Assembly: GCA_963806225.1 (NCBI GenBank) | Contig: CAWDXG010000001.1 | Coordinates: forward strand, 1,696,001 to 1,760,000 | Reading direction: 5' to 3' | Length of the DNA: 64,000 bases | Source: an uncultured delta proteobacterium | GTDB taxonomy: Bacteria > Myxococcota_A > Polyangia > Polyangiales > Polyangiaceae | Part shown: positions 20,424 through 30,706 of the stretch, in pieces | Layout of the letters: the number at the start of each line of letters is the position of its first letter | Position numbering within the stretch: position 1 is the first letter of the stretch | Position numbers and translations under genes: made by a program | Notes under the pieces: model-generated | Told to the model about the DNA's origin: nothing | Databases searched by the model: none | The model's input: the letters and a program-made list of their open reading frames with translations, nothing else

Positions 20424-21561
20424 ATGCTGGTGGTCGCTGTGGGTGTCGCGCTCGCCTCGGGCTGTACGGCGTTCAGCGGCGCGGAAGACCTGTTGAACCG
20501 CGCTGACGGCGGGCCGGGAGCGGGCGGAGCTGGCGTCGACGGGGGCGGCTACGGGGGCGGCACGGCGGGCTGGCCATCCGGTGGCACCACCAGCACGGGC
20601 GGTTCGGGAGCCTCGGGCGGCAGCGGCGCATCTGGCTCCGGCGGGACGGGCGCCACGGGCGGGTCGAGCAGCAGCGGTGGCTCCAGCGGATTCGAGCAGC
20701 ACCGGGGGTTCCAGCAGCACCGGGGGTTCCAGCAGCACCGGGGGTTCCAGCAGCACCGGGGGTTCCAGCAGCACGGGCGGCAGCGGCGGCAACCCGCCGC
20801 AGTGCACCAACAACGCCGACTGCTCCGACGGGAACGTCTGCACCAACGACAGCTGCTCGAACGGCAAGTGCGGTCATAGCTTCGTGGCCAATGGCACGAC
20901 GTGCGGCGGCGCCTATTGCACGGGCCTCAGCAAGTGCGACGGCAGCGGCAACTGCGTCCAGGGCTCACCGCCGCAGATCAACGACAACAACGCCTGCACA
21001 ACCGATACGTGCAACTCGTCCGCACAGACCGTCACGCACACCCCGGTCAACGTCGACGACAACAACAAGTGCACGACCGACAGCTGCAACACGTCGACCG
21101 GCCAGATCACCCACACACCGGTCAATACCGACGACGGCAACTCCTGCACGACGGACAGCTGTGACCCGTCGACGGGCGTCCACCACACGACGATCAAGAA
21201 CTTCTACACGTGCGGCTACTCCTGTACGAGCGGCTTCCACGTCCAGTCCGTGTCGACGAGCTGCAGCTGCGGCAGCAGCGGCTGCAACGCGCAGGTGTAC
21301 TGCGCGCCCGACTGCGGCAGCACCTTCTACGCCTGCGGCTATTCGTGCCCGTCCGGCTATCACATCTCGTCGGTGTCCACGAGTTGCAGCTGCAGCACGT
21401 CGGGTTGCTCGGAACAGGTGAACTGCAAAGCGGACACAGGAAATTCCTTCTACGCCTGTGGCAACAGCTGCCCGGCTGGCTACCACCAGCAAAGCACCAG
21501 CACGAGCTGCAGCTGCAGCACGTCGGGCTGCAGTACGCAGTCCTACTGCGTGAAGAACTGA
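20424..21561 (+). CDS. Cys-rich lipoprotein (frameshift near 20691)
   Basis: Lipobox ASGC, Gly/Ser linker, four DxNxCTxDxC repeats and three C-terminal 41-aa Cys repeats. Confidence 0.7.
20692..20779 (+). repeat. 18-bp coding tandem repeat (SSSTGG), about 5 copies
   Basis: tccagcagcaccgggggt units. Confidence 0.85.
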
Positions 21562-21563
21562 GC

Positions 21564-23192
21564 TCAGCCCGCCCGACGCCGCTTCACCGCGCCCAGGATC
21601 GTCGAAAGCTCCTCGCTCCCGAGCAGCCGCGCCGCGACGAGGAACGCCACGCCGAACAACACGGCGCCGAGCGCGCCCGGCAGCATGCGCACGACTGAAC
21701 CGCGTCCGACGTGGGCGCCTAGCCAGCTCGCGCTCCAGATCCCGGCGGCCAGCGCCGGCGCGACGCAGAGCAGCGTGCGCCCGGCAGCGCCCGCGATCTC
21801 GAGAAAGCGCGTGTCGGCGAGCCGGCGCCGGAGCAGCACCCAGAGCAGCAGCATCTGCACGAAGGCCGAGCCCGTGACGGCCACGCTGATGCCCACGTGC
21901 CCGAGCGGCCCGCGCAGCCAGAGCGCCAGGCCGATGAAGGCGCACAGGTCGATGCCCGACACGATCACCGGCGTGCGCGTGTCGCCGAGCGCGTAGTACA
22001 CGGCGACGAGCTGCCGCACCGCTGCGACGATCCAGATCCCGGAGCCGAGCGCCATCAACGCTAGCGCCGTCTGGTGCGCCGCGACCGGTCCGAACTCGCC
22101 GCGCTCGAAGATCAGGACCACGAGCGGTTGCGCGAGCCCGACGAACAGCGCCGTCGCGGCGATGCCCACGAACAGCGCGAGCCGCATGCCGAACGCGAAG
22201 GTGCGGCTAACTTCGTCGTGATGGCCGCGCGCGGCGAGCAACGAAAGGCTCGGCAGCGTCGCCGTCTGCAGCGCCATCACGAAGATGCCCTGGGGGAAAT
22301 CGCACAGCCTGAGAGCGAAGCCGAAGTAGCTCTGCGAACCGCGCGGCAGCTCGGACAGGAAGCGCCGCGCGAGCACTACGTCGATGTAGTAGATGCCGAT
22401 GCCCGCCAGCACCGGGGCCATGCGGCGTAGCGCCTCGCGCACGCCGGGGTGCTTGAAGTCGAGGCGCGGCCGTTCGAAGTATCGGATCTTCTTCAGGCTG
22501 GGCCACTGCGCCACGACCTGCAGTGCGCCGCCGACCAGCGCGCCGAAGGCCATCGCCAGGATGCGCTCGTAGCCGTGCGCGCCGAGCCAGCCCGGCAAGA
22601 GCAGCGCGAAGACGATGAACGCGACGTTGAGCAGGCCGGGCGCGAACGCTGTGACGACGAAGCGTTGGTGCGTGTTGAGCGCCGCGACACCGAGCGCCGC
22701 CGTGCCCATGAAGAAGATGTACGGGAACACCCAGCGTGTGAGCGTGACGGTGCGCTCGAACTGGCCCGGTTGGTTCTTGTAGCCTGCGGCGAATAGATCG
22801 ACGAGCTGCGGCGCCGCGATCACGCCGGCCACGGCCACCAGCGCCAGGATCAAGAGCGACAGCCCGCGCATCGCGCTGAAGAACTTCCGCGCTTCTTCGT
22901 CGCCGTCGCGCTCGCGGATCTGCGACAGCACGGGCAGCACCGCGCTCTGCACGGCGCCCTCGGCCAGCAGTTGGCGGAGCACGTTGGGGATCACCCAGGC
23001 GACGAAGAAGGCGTCGGTGGCGCCGCGGCTGAACATGGCCGCCAGCACCTGCTCCCGGCCCAGGCCGAGGATGCGGCTCAGCAGCGTGCCGGCGGCGGTG
23101 ATGCCGGCGCGGCCGGCAATCCGGCGCCGCTCGGACTCGCCATGGCTCTGGGCGTCGCTCGGCTCGGCGGCGCTGGGGCTTTCCTCGGCCAC
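21564..23192 (-). CDS. murJ: Lipid II flippase MurJ/MviN
   Basis: SRILGLGRE, DAFFVA, PNVLRQLLAEGA, FPYI and DTRTP motifs with many TM helices. Confidence 0.93.
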   Translation of the reverse strand: MAEESPSAAEPSDAQSHGESERRRIAGRAGITAAGTLLSRILGLGREQVLAAMFSRGATDAFFVAWVIPNVLRQLLAEGAVQSAVLPVLSQIRERDGDEEARKFFSAMRGLSLLILALVAVAGVIAAPQLVDLFAAGYKNQPGQFERTVTLTRWVFPYIFFMGTAALGVAALNTHQRFVVTAFAPGLLNVAFIVFALLLPGWLGAHGYERILAMAFGALVGGALQVVAQWPSLKKIRYFERPRLDFKHPGVREALRRMAPVLAGIGIYYIDVVLARRFLSELPRGSQSYFGFALRLCDFPQGIFVMALQTATLPSLSLLAARGHHDEVSRTFAFGMRLALFVGIAATALFVGLAQPLVVLIFERGEFGPVAAHQTALALMALGSGIWIVAAVRQLVAVYYALGDTRTPVIVSGIDLCAFIGLALWLRGPLGHVGISVAVTGSAFVQMLLLWVLLRRRLADTRFLEIAGAAGRTLLCVAPALAAGIWSASWLGAHVGRGSVVRMLPGALGAVLFGVAFLVAARLLGSEELSTILGAVKRRRAG

Positions 23193-23275
23193 TAGCCGGC
23201 TGTAGCGCGGCCCCCGCCAGACCGCGAATTTCCTGCTGTTTTCCGGCTCCTACGGCACGATTCCGGCCACGGAGC

Positions 23276-25027
23276 TCACTTGCACGGATTGATGAAGGTC
23301 CCGCAGGGCTTCTTCTTCTTGGCTGGGGCGTGGGGCGGCGCGGCGGGGCGCGCAGGTCGGAGCTTGGTGAGCGTCAGATGGCGTGAGGCGTCCTGGCCGG
23401 GCTCCAGATCGAAGCGGTCGTTGGCCGGCAGATAGCCGCGGCGTGTCGCGGTGCAGCGGTGCGGGCCTGGGTCGAGCGCCGCGCTGCCGGCGTCCAGCTC
23501 CACCTGGCGGCCGTCGCATTCGATGCGGTCGCAGGCGGGCTCGCACTCGAAGCGCACCGCGGCCTGCTTGGGTGGCGCGGGTTCGGCAGCGGCGGACGCG
23601 CTTGCGGCGGGCGGCGCCGCGCTGGCAGGCGGCGCCGGATTCGAGGCCGCGGCAAGCGCCGACGGCGTAGCGGGAGCGCTCGCGGCGGGCTTCTCGCTCT
23701 CGGCCGGTGCCGGGGAACCGACCAGGTGCGAGACGAGCAGTCCCAGTCCCCCGAGCGCGAGGACGCCGCCCGCGATCGCCAGCGGCACGGTGAGCCCCCG
23801 CTTCTTCGGCAGGCCGTGTGCGGCCGGCGCCACGTCGACCGGAGCCGCTTCGGCGACCGGAGGGCGTGCGGGTGCGGGTGGCGGTGTCGGTGCGGGGACC
23901 GACAGGGGCGCGGTGGGGGTCGGCGGATTGATGGCAACGGGCGTGGGCGGCGCGGCTGCGGTATCTGCCGGCGGGGGTCGCGTCGGGACGCGCAGGTATG
24001 CCAGCGGTTGCGCGCTGACCATCGCAACCGGTTCGTGTTGCGGGTCGCTCGATGGCGGCGGCGGTTCGCGCGCGGGTTTCGTTCCCGTTGGTGGTGGCAC
24101 CGAGGGGCCAAGCTGGCGCTCGAGAGCAGGGCCGGGGCGCGCCGGCGGCTTCGAGGACGCGCCGCCGATCGACTGGACGGCGGCGCGGAAGTTCCCGGCC
24201 ATCGTGCCGACCGACTCGAAGCGCTGCTCGGGCCTCGGCGCCAGCGCCTGGCTGAACCAGTCGTCGAGCGCGGCGTCGAGCGGCGCGCCGAGCTCGGCGG
24301 CAAGCGCCGACGCGGAGCCGATCGGCTCGAGCATCTGCGTCCACAGCGCCGCCGTGTCCAGCGGCTCGCGTTCGACGGCCCGGAAACGGCTGTGACCGGT
24401 CAGCGCGTGGAACACGACGAGCCCCAGCGCGAACACATCCATCCTCGGCGTGCTCGCTTCCGCCGGGTCCGCCGCGTCCGGACCCAGCCAGCCCGGCGTC
24501 GCCGCCCAGCCCGGCGCGAGCCCGAGCGCCACCCTGAGACGCCACACACCGAAGTCGGTGATGTGCACCGTGGGCTTCTCGGCGGGTTCGACAAATACGT
24601 TGCCCGGCTTCAGGTCACGGTGCACCAGCCCGGCCGCATGCGCCGCGTCGAGCGCGGGAGCGAGCGCTTCGAGCATCGCCGCCAGCCGTTCAATCGGCAA
24701 GGCTCCGCCTGCGCGGATCTGGTCGGCCAGCGAGGGCCACACCACGCGATCGGTGACCACCCAGGGCGCCGTGTCCTTCCCTGAATCGATGCGCTTGGCG
24801 AATCCATCGAACGGCAGCGCGGCGACCGCCTGGGCGGCCTTGTCGAACGCGGCCCAGGCGTCGGCGTGGTCGAGCAGCGCGGGTGCGAAGCGCTTCAGAG
24901 CTCCGGGCTGGCCGCTCAGCGGGTCGCGCACCGCGTACACCTCGCCGAGCTCGCCGCGGCCGATGAACGCCGCCACCTGCCAGCGGCCGCCGACGCTGGT
25001 TCCCGGCGCGAGCGCGGGTGCGTTCAC
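23276..25027 (-). CDS. Atypical membrane Ser/Thr kinase (possible pseudokinase)
   Basis: GRGELG, ALK, HRDLKPGN and DFG present; APE replaced by GPD; TM helix and small PEGA-like C-terminal domain; GTG start overlaps the upstream stop. Confidence 0.8.
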   Translation of the reverse strand: MNAPALAPGTSVGGRWQVAAFIGRGELGEVYAVRDPLSGQPGALKRFAPALLDHADAWAAFDKAAQAVAALPFDGFAKRIDSGKDTAPWVVTDRVVWPSLADQIRAGGALPIERLAAMLEALAPALDAAHAAGLVHRDLKPGNVFVEPAEKPTVHITDFGVWRLRVALGLAPGWAATPGWLGPDAADPAEASTPRMDVFALGLVVFHALTGHSRFRAVEREPLDTAALWTQMLEPIGSASALAAELGAPLDAALDDWFSQALAPRPEQRFESVGTMAGNFRAAVQSIGGASSKPPARPGPALERQLGPSVPPPTGTKPAREPPPPSSDPQHEPVAMVSAQPLAYLRVPTRPPPADTAAAPPTPVAINPPTPTAPLSVPAPTPPPAPARPPVAEAAPVDVAPAAHGLPKKRGLTVPLAIAGGVLALGGLGLLVSHLVGSPAPAESEKPAASAPATPSALAAASNPAPPASAAPPAASASAAAEPAPPKQAAVRFECEPACDRIECDGRQVELDAGSAALDPGPHRCTATRRGYLPANDRFDLEPGQDASRHLTLTKLRPARPAAPPHAPAKKKKPCGTFINPCK

Positions 25028-25692
25028 TTGCCGCTCCGCAGACTCTTCACCGCCTGCAGGATCGCTGGCACCTTGTCTTCGCCGCCGGGCTTGAGCACGG
25101 CGGCGGCCCCGACGATCGCCCGGTTGTCTTCGAGCTTCGTCACGATGACCAGCACCGAGCCCGGCTTGTCCGACAGCCGTGGCGACTGGCCGAACTGTCG
25201 CTGCTTGTTCACCTCCCACAGCTCGATCTTCATGCCGCCGTCCGCGTCGAGCTTGGTCTGCGCGTGGGTCAGGCGTGTCTTCAGCGCCTTGCGCGCGACC
25301 TTGGTGATCTCGAGCCGGTCGAGCAGCTTGTCGATCGCCTTGCTCGTGTCGGCGGACCACGCCGTCTTCGCCGTGCTGAAGGCCAGCACGGCGACCGAGC
25401 CCGGTGCGGTGGCGACGGAAGCCGCGCTCTCCTCGGCGTAGGTCCAGCCGGGCGGCGGATGGAACGTTGCCGCGCCGTCGCCGATCCCGAGCTCGGTATC
25501 GGCCTTCGCCTCGCACTTGTCGTCGAGCGACTTGCAGCTCGGTGGAGGGGAGGGCGCTGGTTCCGCGGAAGCGGAGGCCGACGCGGTCGGTGCGGGCGGC
25601 GCTGCGGGCGGGGGCGCCGCGGGCTTCCTGCGGCAGTAGCCGGCGGACAGGGCGAGCAGGGCGAGCAGTGTGAACAGCCTGGGTTGGGGCAT
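25024..25692 (-). CDS. Hypothetical secreted/lipoprotein
   Basis: Signal LFTLLALLALSAGYC, Pro linker and GC3 bias. Confidence 0.65.
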   Translation of the reverse strand: MPQPRLFTLLALLALSAGYCRRKPAAPPPAAPPAPTASASASAEPAPSPPPSCKSLDDKCEAKADTELGIGDGAATFHPPPGWTYAEESAASVATAPGSVAVLAFSTAKTAWSADTSKAIDKLLDRLEITKVARKALKTRLTHAQTKLDADGGMKIELWEVNKQRQFGQSPRLSDKPGSVLVIVTKLEDNRAIVGAAAVLKPGGEDKVPAILQAVKSLRSGK

Positions 25693-25756
25693 GGCTCCGT
25701 TCATCGGCGCGGGCAAAATACCAGCTTCCCGGCCCGGCCGCCCGGCTTTCGCCGCT

Positions 25757-26701
25757 CTAGGCCCATCGGCCCCCCGTGCGCAGGCTTTCGCCTACGGCGA
25801 CGAGGCCCAGGCGCGTTTCGTCCAGTCCGCGGCGTTTCCATTCGGCACGGAGCCTCTCGGGGGGCTCGTCGAGCGGCTCGTCGGTCAGCTTGAAGGTCCC
25901 CCAGTGCATGGCGACGAAATGTCGCGCGCCCAGATCGACGAAGCCCTGCGTCGCCTGCTCGGGGTTCATGTGCTGCTGCTCCATGAACCACGCCGGGTCG
26001 TAGGCGCCAATCGGCAGCATCGCCGCGTCGATTCCGGGAAAGCGCCGGCCGATCTCGCGGAAGCCGTCGAAGTAGGCCGTGTCGCCGGCGTGGTAGACGC
26101 GCGCCGAGCGCCCCTCGATGACGAAGCCGCCCCACAAGGACTGGTTGGCGTCGGCAAGCCCCCGCCGGCTCCAGTGCTGCGACGGCACGAAGCTCACGTC
26201 GACGCCCGCCACGCGCGTCCGCTCCCACCAGCCGAGCTCGGTGCACTCGAGCCCAGCGCGCTCGAGATAGCGCCCGAGCCCGAGCCCGCCGATGACCGGG
26301 GCGCCCACGGCCGCCAGCGTCGGCAGATCGAGATGGTCGAAGTGGTTGTGACTGACCAGCGACGCGGCGATGGGCGGCAGCTCGTTCACGCCCAGCGCGG
26401 GGGGCACGTTGCGCTGGATGCCGCCCGCGATGCGGTCGAACAGGACCGCGTCGGTCAGCAGATTGACTCCGTCGACTTGCACCAGGAAGCTGGCGTGCCC
26501 GAGCCACGTCACGCGTGCGGGCTCTGCCTGGGCCGGCGGCGATGCCAGAACCCGGCGGTCGGGTTCCACCCGCGGCACGAGAGCGCGCGCGGGTGAGCGC
26601 CGCCTGCGCCCTGCCAGCCGGTCGACGACGCCCCATTTGAGCACGTTGGAGAACGGTTGCGGGCCGCTGCCATCGAGGTTGACGAATCGCCTGCTTCCCA
26701 A
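25757..26701 (-). CDS. MBL-fold metallo-hydrolase (RomA/NAPE-PLD-like)
   Basis: TWLGHAS, SHNHFDHLD, QHWSRR, AGDT, PIGAY, HMNP and MHWGTF motifs. Confidence 0.9.
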   Translation of the reverse strand: MGSRRFVNLDGSGPQPFSNVLKWGVVDRLAGRRRRSPARALVPRVEPDRRVLASPPAQAEPARVTWLGHASFLVQVDGVNLLTDAVLFDRIAGGIQRNVPPALGVNELPPIAASLVSHNHFDHLDLPTLAAVGAPVIGGLGLGRYLERAGLECTELGWWERTRVAGVDVSFVPSQHWSRRGLADANQSLWGGFVIEGRSARVYHAGDTAYFDGFREIGRRFPGIDAAMLPIGAYDPAWFMEQQHMNPEQATQGFVDLGARHFVAMHWGTFKLTDEPLDEPPERLRAEWKRRGLDETRLGLVAVGESLRTGGRWA

Positions 26702-26791
26702 AGCGCTCCTACCGGGACCCGGAGCGTAGCACCGCTTTTGGAGTCTTTGTGGCGCTGCAGGCGGGGCCGGACCGTCCTATGCTGGCAACCC

Positions 26792-27313
26792 ATGAGGTTT
26801 CCTCTAGCGCTTCTCCTGACTGCCCTGCTCGTCCTGCCACTCGGCGCCTGCAAGAAGAAACCGGCGCCGCGGCCCGGCCCCGGCGCAGAGGGCGGCCCGG
26901 CCACCGCCGCCTCGGCGGAGCTGCCGGAGCTGATCAAGAAGTACAAGGCGATGAGCGCCGCCGAGCGGACCGAGGCCGCGAAGAGCGGCTGCTACGTGTC
27001 AAGCCAGTGCAAGGCGCTCGAGACGAAGGCCCTGTTCGCGGCCGCGAGCGGCACGGAGAAGGCCTCGCTGAAGGCCGCGGCCCGTCCCGTGTTCGCCCGG
27101 CAGTACGAGAAGGAGCTGGTCGACAAGGGCAAGAAGCCCGACAGTGTTGTCGCGTCGGGAGACGACGGCACGACGCTCGAGGTCAAGGGCCCGCCGTGCA
27201 ACCGCTTCCTGCTGTCGAACTTCATGAACGACTTCGGCGACCGCGCGCGCACCCTCGGTTTCAAGCGCGTCGCCTGCGAGAACAAGGCGCTCAAGGCGAA
27301 GATCGATCTGTAG
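26792..27313 (+). CDS. Hypothetical lipoprotein
   Basis: Signal MRFPLALLLTALLVLPLGAC. Confidence 0.7.
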   Translation: MRFPLALLLTALLVLPLGACKKKPAPRPGPGAEGGPATAASAELPELIKKYKAMSAAERTEAAKSGCYVSSQCKALETKALFAAASGTEKASLKAAARPVFARQYEKELVDKGKKPDSVVASGDDGTTLEVKGPPCNRFLLSNFMNDFGDRARTLGFKRVACENKALKAKIDL

Positions 27314-27316
27314 GCC

Positions 27317-28669
27317 TCAGGGCGGATACGCCGCCACGCATGCATCGAGCGCCTTCTGGTCGACCGGCGGCGGGTCGAAGCTGGGCGGCGTCATGAACGG
27401 CGGGTTCTTGAAGTCGAACATGTCCATCATCGCGTCGGCGTTGGCGTCGCGCGCAGTGAGCGCCGGCAGATTGAAGCGCGCTTCGACGAACCGGAGGATG
27501 GACGTGTGGTCGTGGAGCACGTGCGACACGTAGTGCTGCTTCGCGTACGGCGAGATCACGAACACGGGAACGCGGAAACCGTAGTGGTCGAAGCCGCCGA
27601 GGTTGGCGTCCTTCGCCGGCGGCGTGCTGTCCGGCGCGCACGCCTTGGGCGGCGGCACGTGATCGTACAGGCCGCCGTTCTCGTCATAGGTGATGAACAT
27701 CGCCGAGCGCTTCCAGAGCGGGCTCTTCATCAGCGTGGTCACCTGGTCGTACACGAACTTCTGGCCGACCTGCATGTCCCCGGGGGGGTGTTCGCTGCTG
27801 CGGCCCGCGCCGCCGGCGTCGAAGAGCGAGTCGACGAAGGAAACCTGCGGCAGAGTGCCGGCTGCAGCATCCTTGGCGAATTCGCCTATGGCCACGAAGT
27901 GATCCTTGTTCGCGAGGAACGTCGAGATGAACATCGCCTCCGGCGGATAGTTCGACCTGTAGACCTTCCAGCTCACGTTCGCCGCGTCCAGCACCTTGAA
28001 GATGTTGTTGCCCTCGGCCGGCGGCGGCGTGTTCGAGACCAGGCCGAAGCTGGTGGCCGCGTAGAAATACATGCGGTTCGGCCAGGTCGGCCCGAGCAGC
28101 GAGCAGTGGTAGTTGTCACTGATGGCGAAGGTGCTCGCGAGCTTGTAGTAGAACGGGATGTCGGTCTGGTCGTAGTAGCCCATCGCCCGGGCGCCGGTCG
28201 GATCCGAGGGCTTCGCGTTGGCGATGGCGAAGCCGTCGTTCTTGTCGTTGTCCCACTCGGTGTGGCTCGCCTTCCACGAGTGACCGGTGTCGTCGAAGCA
28301 GTACTCCGTCTTGTGCGAAAATGGGATTGGCGTGCCGTCCGGCGCCGGGTTGGTCACGCCGGCCGGCGCCACGTCCACGTCCGGCTGCCCGTACTCCGGC
28401 AGCTTCTGGAAGTAGTGATCGAAGGAGCGGTTTTCCTGCATGACGAGCACGACGTGATCGATCGGGATCTGTCTGCCTGCGCAGCCGATCGTATCTTCCG
28501 CCAGCGCGCCGGCTGCGAACTTGCAGGAGCTGCGGTCCGCCGCCGCCGTCTGGCTCTGCGCCGGGTCGCACAGCGGTGGATTTGCGCTCGAGCCCCGATC
28601 CGACGACGAGCAGGCAAGAGCTGGTAGGGCGGCAAGCACGACGAGCGGAAGCGCCCAGAGCGATTTCAC
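27317..28669 (-). CDS. Phosphoesterase / phospholipase C (AcpA-like) lipoprotein
   Basis: HVVLVMQENRSFDHYF, GPTWPNR, SEHPP, ITYDENGG, DHVPPP, GFRVP, DHTSIL and a lipobox ALAC. Confidence 0.9.
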   Translation of the reverse strand: MKSLWALPLVVLAALPALACSSSDRGSSANPPLCDPAQSQTAAADRSSCKFAAGALAEDTIGCAGRQIPIDHVVLVMQENRSFDHYFQKLPEYGQPDVDVAPAGVTNPAPDGTPIPFSHKTEYCFDDTGHSWKASHTEWDNDKNDGFAIANAKPSDPTGARAMGYYDQTDIPFYYKLASTFAISDNYHCSLLGPTWPNRMYFYAATSFGLVSNTPPPAEGNNIFKVLDAANVSWKVYRSNYPPEAMFISTFLANKDHFVAIGEFAKDAAAGTLPQVSFVDSLFDAGGAGRSSEHPPGDMQVGQKFVYDQVTTLMKSPLWKRSAMFITYDENGGLYDHVPPPKACAPDSTPPAKDANLGGFDHYGFRVPVFVISPYAKQHYVSHVLHDHTSILRFVEARFNLPALTARDANADAMMDMFDFKNPPFMTPPSFDPPPVDQKALDACVAAYPP

Positions 28670-28772
28670 GGCCGGAAGCATAGCCGGAAAAAGCGTCGCG
28701 CCGCAGCCGGAACGCCCGGGGTCCCGACGTTTTCGCGCGCCCGTCACGCTATGCCGCAGCGCGGTGACGCGA

Positions 28773-28949
28773 CTAGCGCCGCCCCTTGAACCCCATCATT
28801 TCCTGCACGACGGACTCGCTCGCCTCGGCGATCTCTTCCTGTTCCCGCGCCTCGTCGGCGCAGTCCTCGCAGAGCCGCCGGTTCTTCCCGCCGATGCGCA
28901 CCGTCTCGAGCTCGTCCACCTCTTCACCGCATTGCTTGCAGGTCGGCAT
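28773..28949 (-). CDS. Small CxxC...CxxC zinc-ribbon-like protein (58 aa)
   Basis: MPTCKQC...LCEDC with an acidic helix and GC3 bias. Confidence 0.65.
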   Translation of the reverse strand: MPTCKQCGEEVDELETVRIGGKNRRLCEDCADEAREQEEIAEASESVVQEMMGFKGRR

Positions 28950-28960
28950 GAAGCCGGATG

Positions 28961-30700
28961 CTAGCGCCTCCCCAGTTCCCACTTCAAGCCGCCCGCGCTT
29001 CCCGAAACTGCCAGGCGCCGCCCGTGCACCCCCTCCAGGTGACACCAGGTGCACAGAGCGATCACGTTGTCGTCCTCGTCGCTGCCCCCCTGTGACCGGA
29101 ACTGCACGTGGTGCGGCGTTACATCATGCCGCGAGCACACGGGACTCGAGCACGTGTAGCGGTCGCGCGCGTAGATGTGGGCGTATTTCTCGCTGCGCAC
29201 GGTGAGGTGCCGCCACGCTTTCCAGAACTGGTCGCACAGGAAGCGCACGAAGCTCGTGCAGCGCGACAGGTGCTTGTGCATCACGCCGGCGAGGGCCCGC
29301 CAGAAGCGCGCCGTGTCCCGCGCCACCCGCAGATCCACCCGCACGCTTGCCGGGCCCGCGCCCAGCGCGGCGGACATCTGGCCTTGTGCTTCGAGCACTG
29401 CGTCGCGGTCGCCGGAGAGCACGTGCGACTCGAGCTCCCGGATCTCCCGCAGCGTCTCTTCCGGCGGCGGCACTGCCCGCCCCCCGACGCCGCGCGAGAG
29501 CTCGGCGGCGCGCACGTCTTCTTCAAGGTGCTTCACCGTGCGCGCCCGCGCTCGCTCGATCCAGGCGCCGGCCGTCTCCGCGGTCGCGACCCGCGAGATC
29601 AACAGCGCCGCTTCGTACCCGATCTCGCCCGCACCCAGTGCGCCTCGCACCCGCGGGCACCAGCGCCGTGCCAGCGCGATCTTCGCCTTGAAGCTCGACG
29701 GCGAAATCCCGAGGCGCTCGCGGACGTATTGCGACTCGGTGGCGTAGCCGAGCCGACGCCAGCCTTCGGCTTCATGGAATGCCCGCGCGGCCCGGCCCAG
29801 CTCCACCTCGCGCTGGGAAAGCTCCCGCGAAAGCTGGCCGATCCGCGCATCCAGCGCCCGCAGGCTCCGGGGCAGCTCGAAGACCACCGCCGCCTGTTTC
29901 CCGCCGGGACCCCGCGCATGGAAGTTCTCCTCGCAGCGCTCCTCCGATTCCTCGCGCCAGGCGTCGAGCTGTTGCCTCCACCTGGCAACTGCATCTGCTT
30001 CGCGCTCGCTCTGTTCGAATGCCTCCAGATCGTTTGCGGGCAGGACATGGGAGAGCGAGCTGTAGCTCTCCGAAAGCAGCGCATGCACGAAGCCCTCTGT
30101 CGTGCGCTCTCCGAAAGCGTGCTCGGCGAAGCGCCGCGTCCACTGCCACAGCCACGCATCCGCCGCGCCCAGCGTCATGCCGAGCGTTACCATGTCGAGA
30201 TCCGCTCGTTGAACGCGCTCGCTCGAGGGCTTGTCCACCTCGCTCGAGTCGGGCTTTGTGACCAGCAGCGCCCGCATCTCGCGTACCGTCGAGCGCAACG
30301 CCAGCTCCGTCAGCGCCGTGTCCGTCTTCGCGGTTGCATGGCGCGCGACGAGCTCCGCCATGCACCATCCCACCGCGCCGCCGGCGAGCGCGGCGCGGAG
30401 CTGCGGTAGCTTCGCCACACGCTGTGCGAGCAGGCGCGACTCGCCCGCCCAGCGAGCGCTCCGCCCGCACCGCTCGCGCGCATACGCGCCGAGCGACGAG
30501 AACCCGAGCTCGTGATGCCCGCCTCGTTGCGCCAAGAACTCCAGCAGCTCGCCCAGCACCAGCCGCGTCTGGCTCTCGCCCCGCACCAGCTTGGTCAGCC
30601 GCGCGTCGAGCCGCACCACCTCGCCCGGCGGGGCCGCACGCGCCCGGCACACCCCCGCGTTGGACGGCCGCGTCCAAGCGACGGCGCCCCCAGAAAACAT
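28961..30700 (-). CDS. HNH endonuclease with a long helical N-terminal region (DUF222/13E12-like architecture)
   Basis: C-terminal RDRYTCSSPVC...HHVQFRSQGGSDEDDNVIALCTWCH; two similar segments LGFSSLGAYARERCG and LGYATESQYVRERLG. Confidence 0.8.
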   Translation of the reverse strand: MFSGGAVAWTRPSNAGVCRARAAPPGEVVRLDARLTKLVRGESQTRLVLGELLEFLAQRGGHHELGFSSLGAYARERCGRSARWAGESRLLAQRVAKLPQLRAALAGGAVGWCMAELVARHATAKTDTALTELALRSTVREMRALLVTKPDSSEVDKPSSERVQRADLDMVTLGMTLGAADAWLWQWTRRFAEHAFGERTTEGFVHALLSESYSSLSHVLPANDLEAFEQSEREADAVARWRQQLDAWREESEERCEENFHARGPGGKQAAVVFELPRSLRALDARIGQLSRELSQREVELGRAARAFHEAEGWRRLGYATESQYVRERLGISPSSFKAKIALARRWCPRVRGALGAGEIGYEAALLISRVATAETAGAWIERARARTVKHLEEDVRAAELSRGVGGRAVPPPEETLREIRELESHVLSGDRDAVLEAQGQMSAALGAGPASVRVDLRVARDTARFWRALAGVMHKHLSRCTSFVRFLCDQFWKAWRHLTVRSEKYAHIYARDRYTCSSPVCSRHDVTPHHVQFRSQGGSDEDDNVIALCTWCHLEGVHGRRLAVSGSAGGLKWELGRR

Positions 30701-30706
30701 GCGGGA

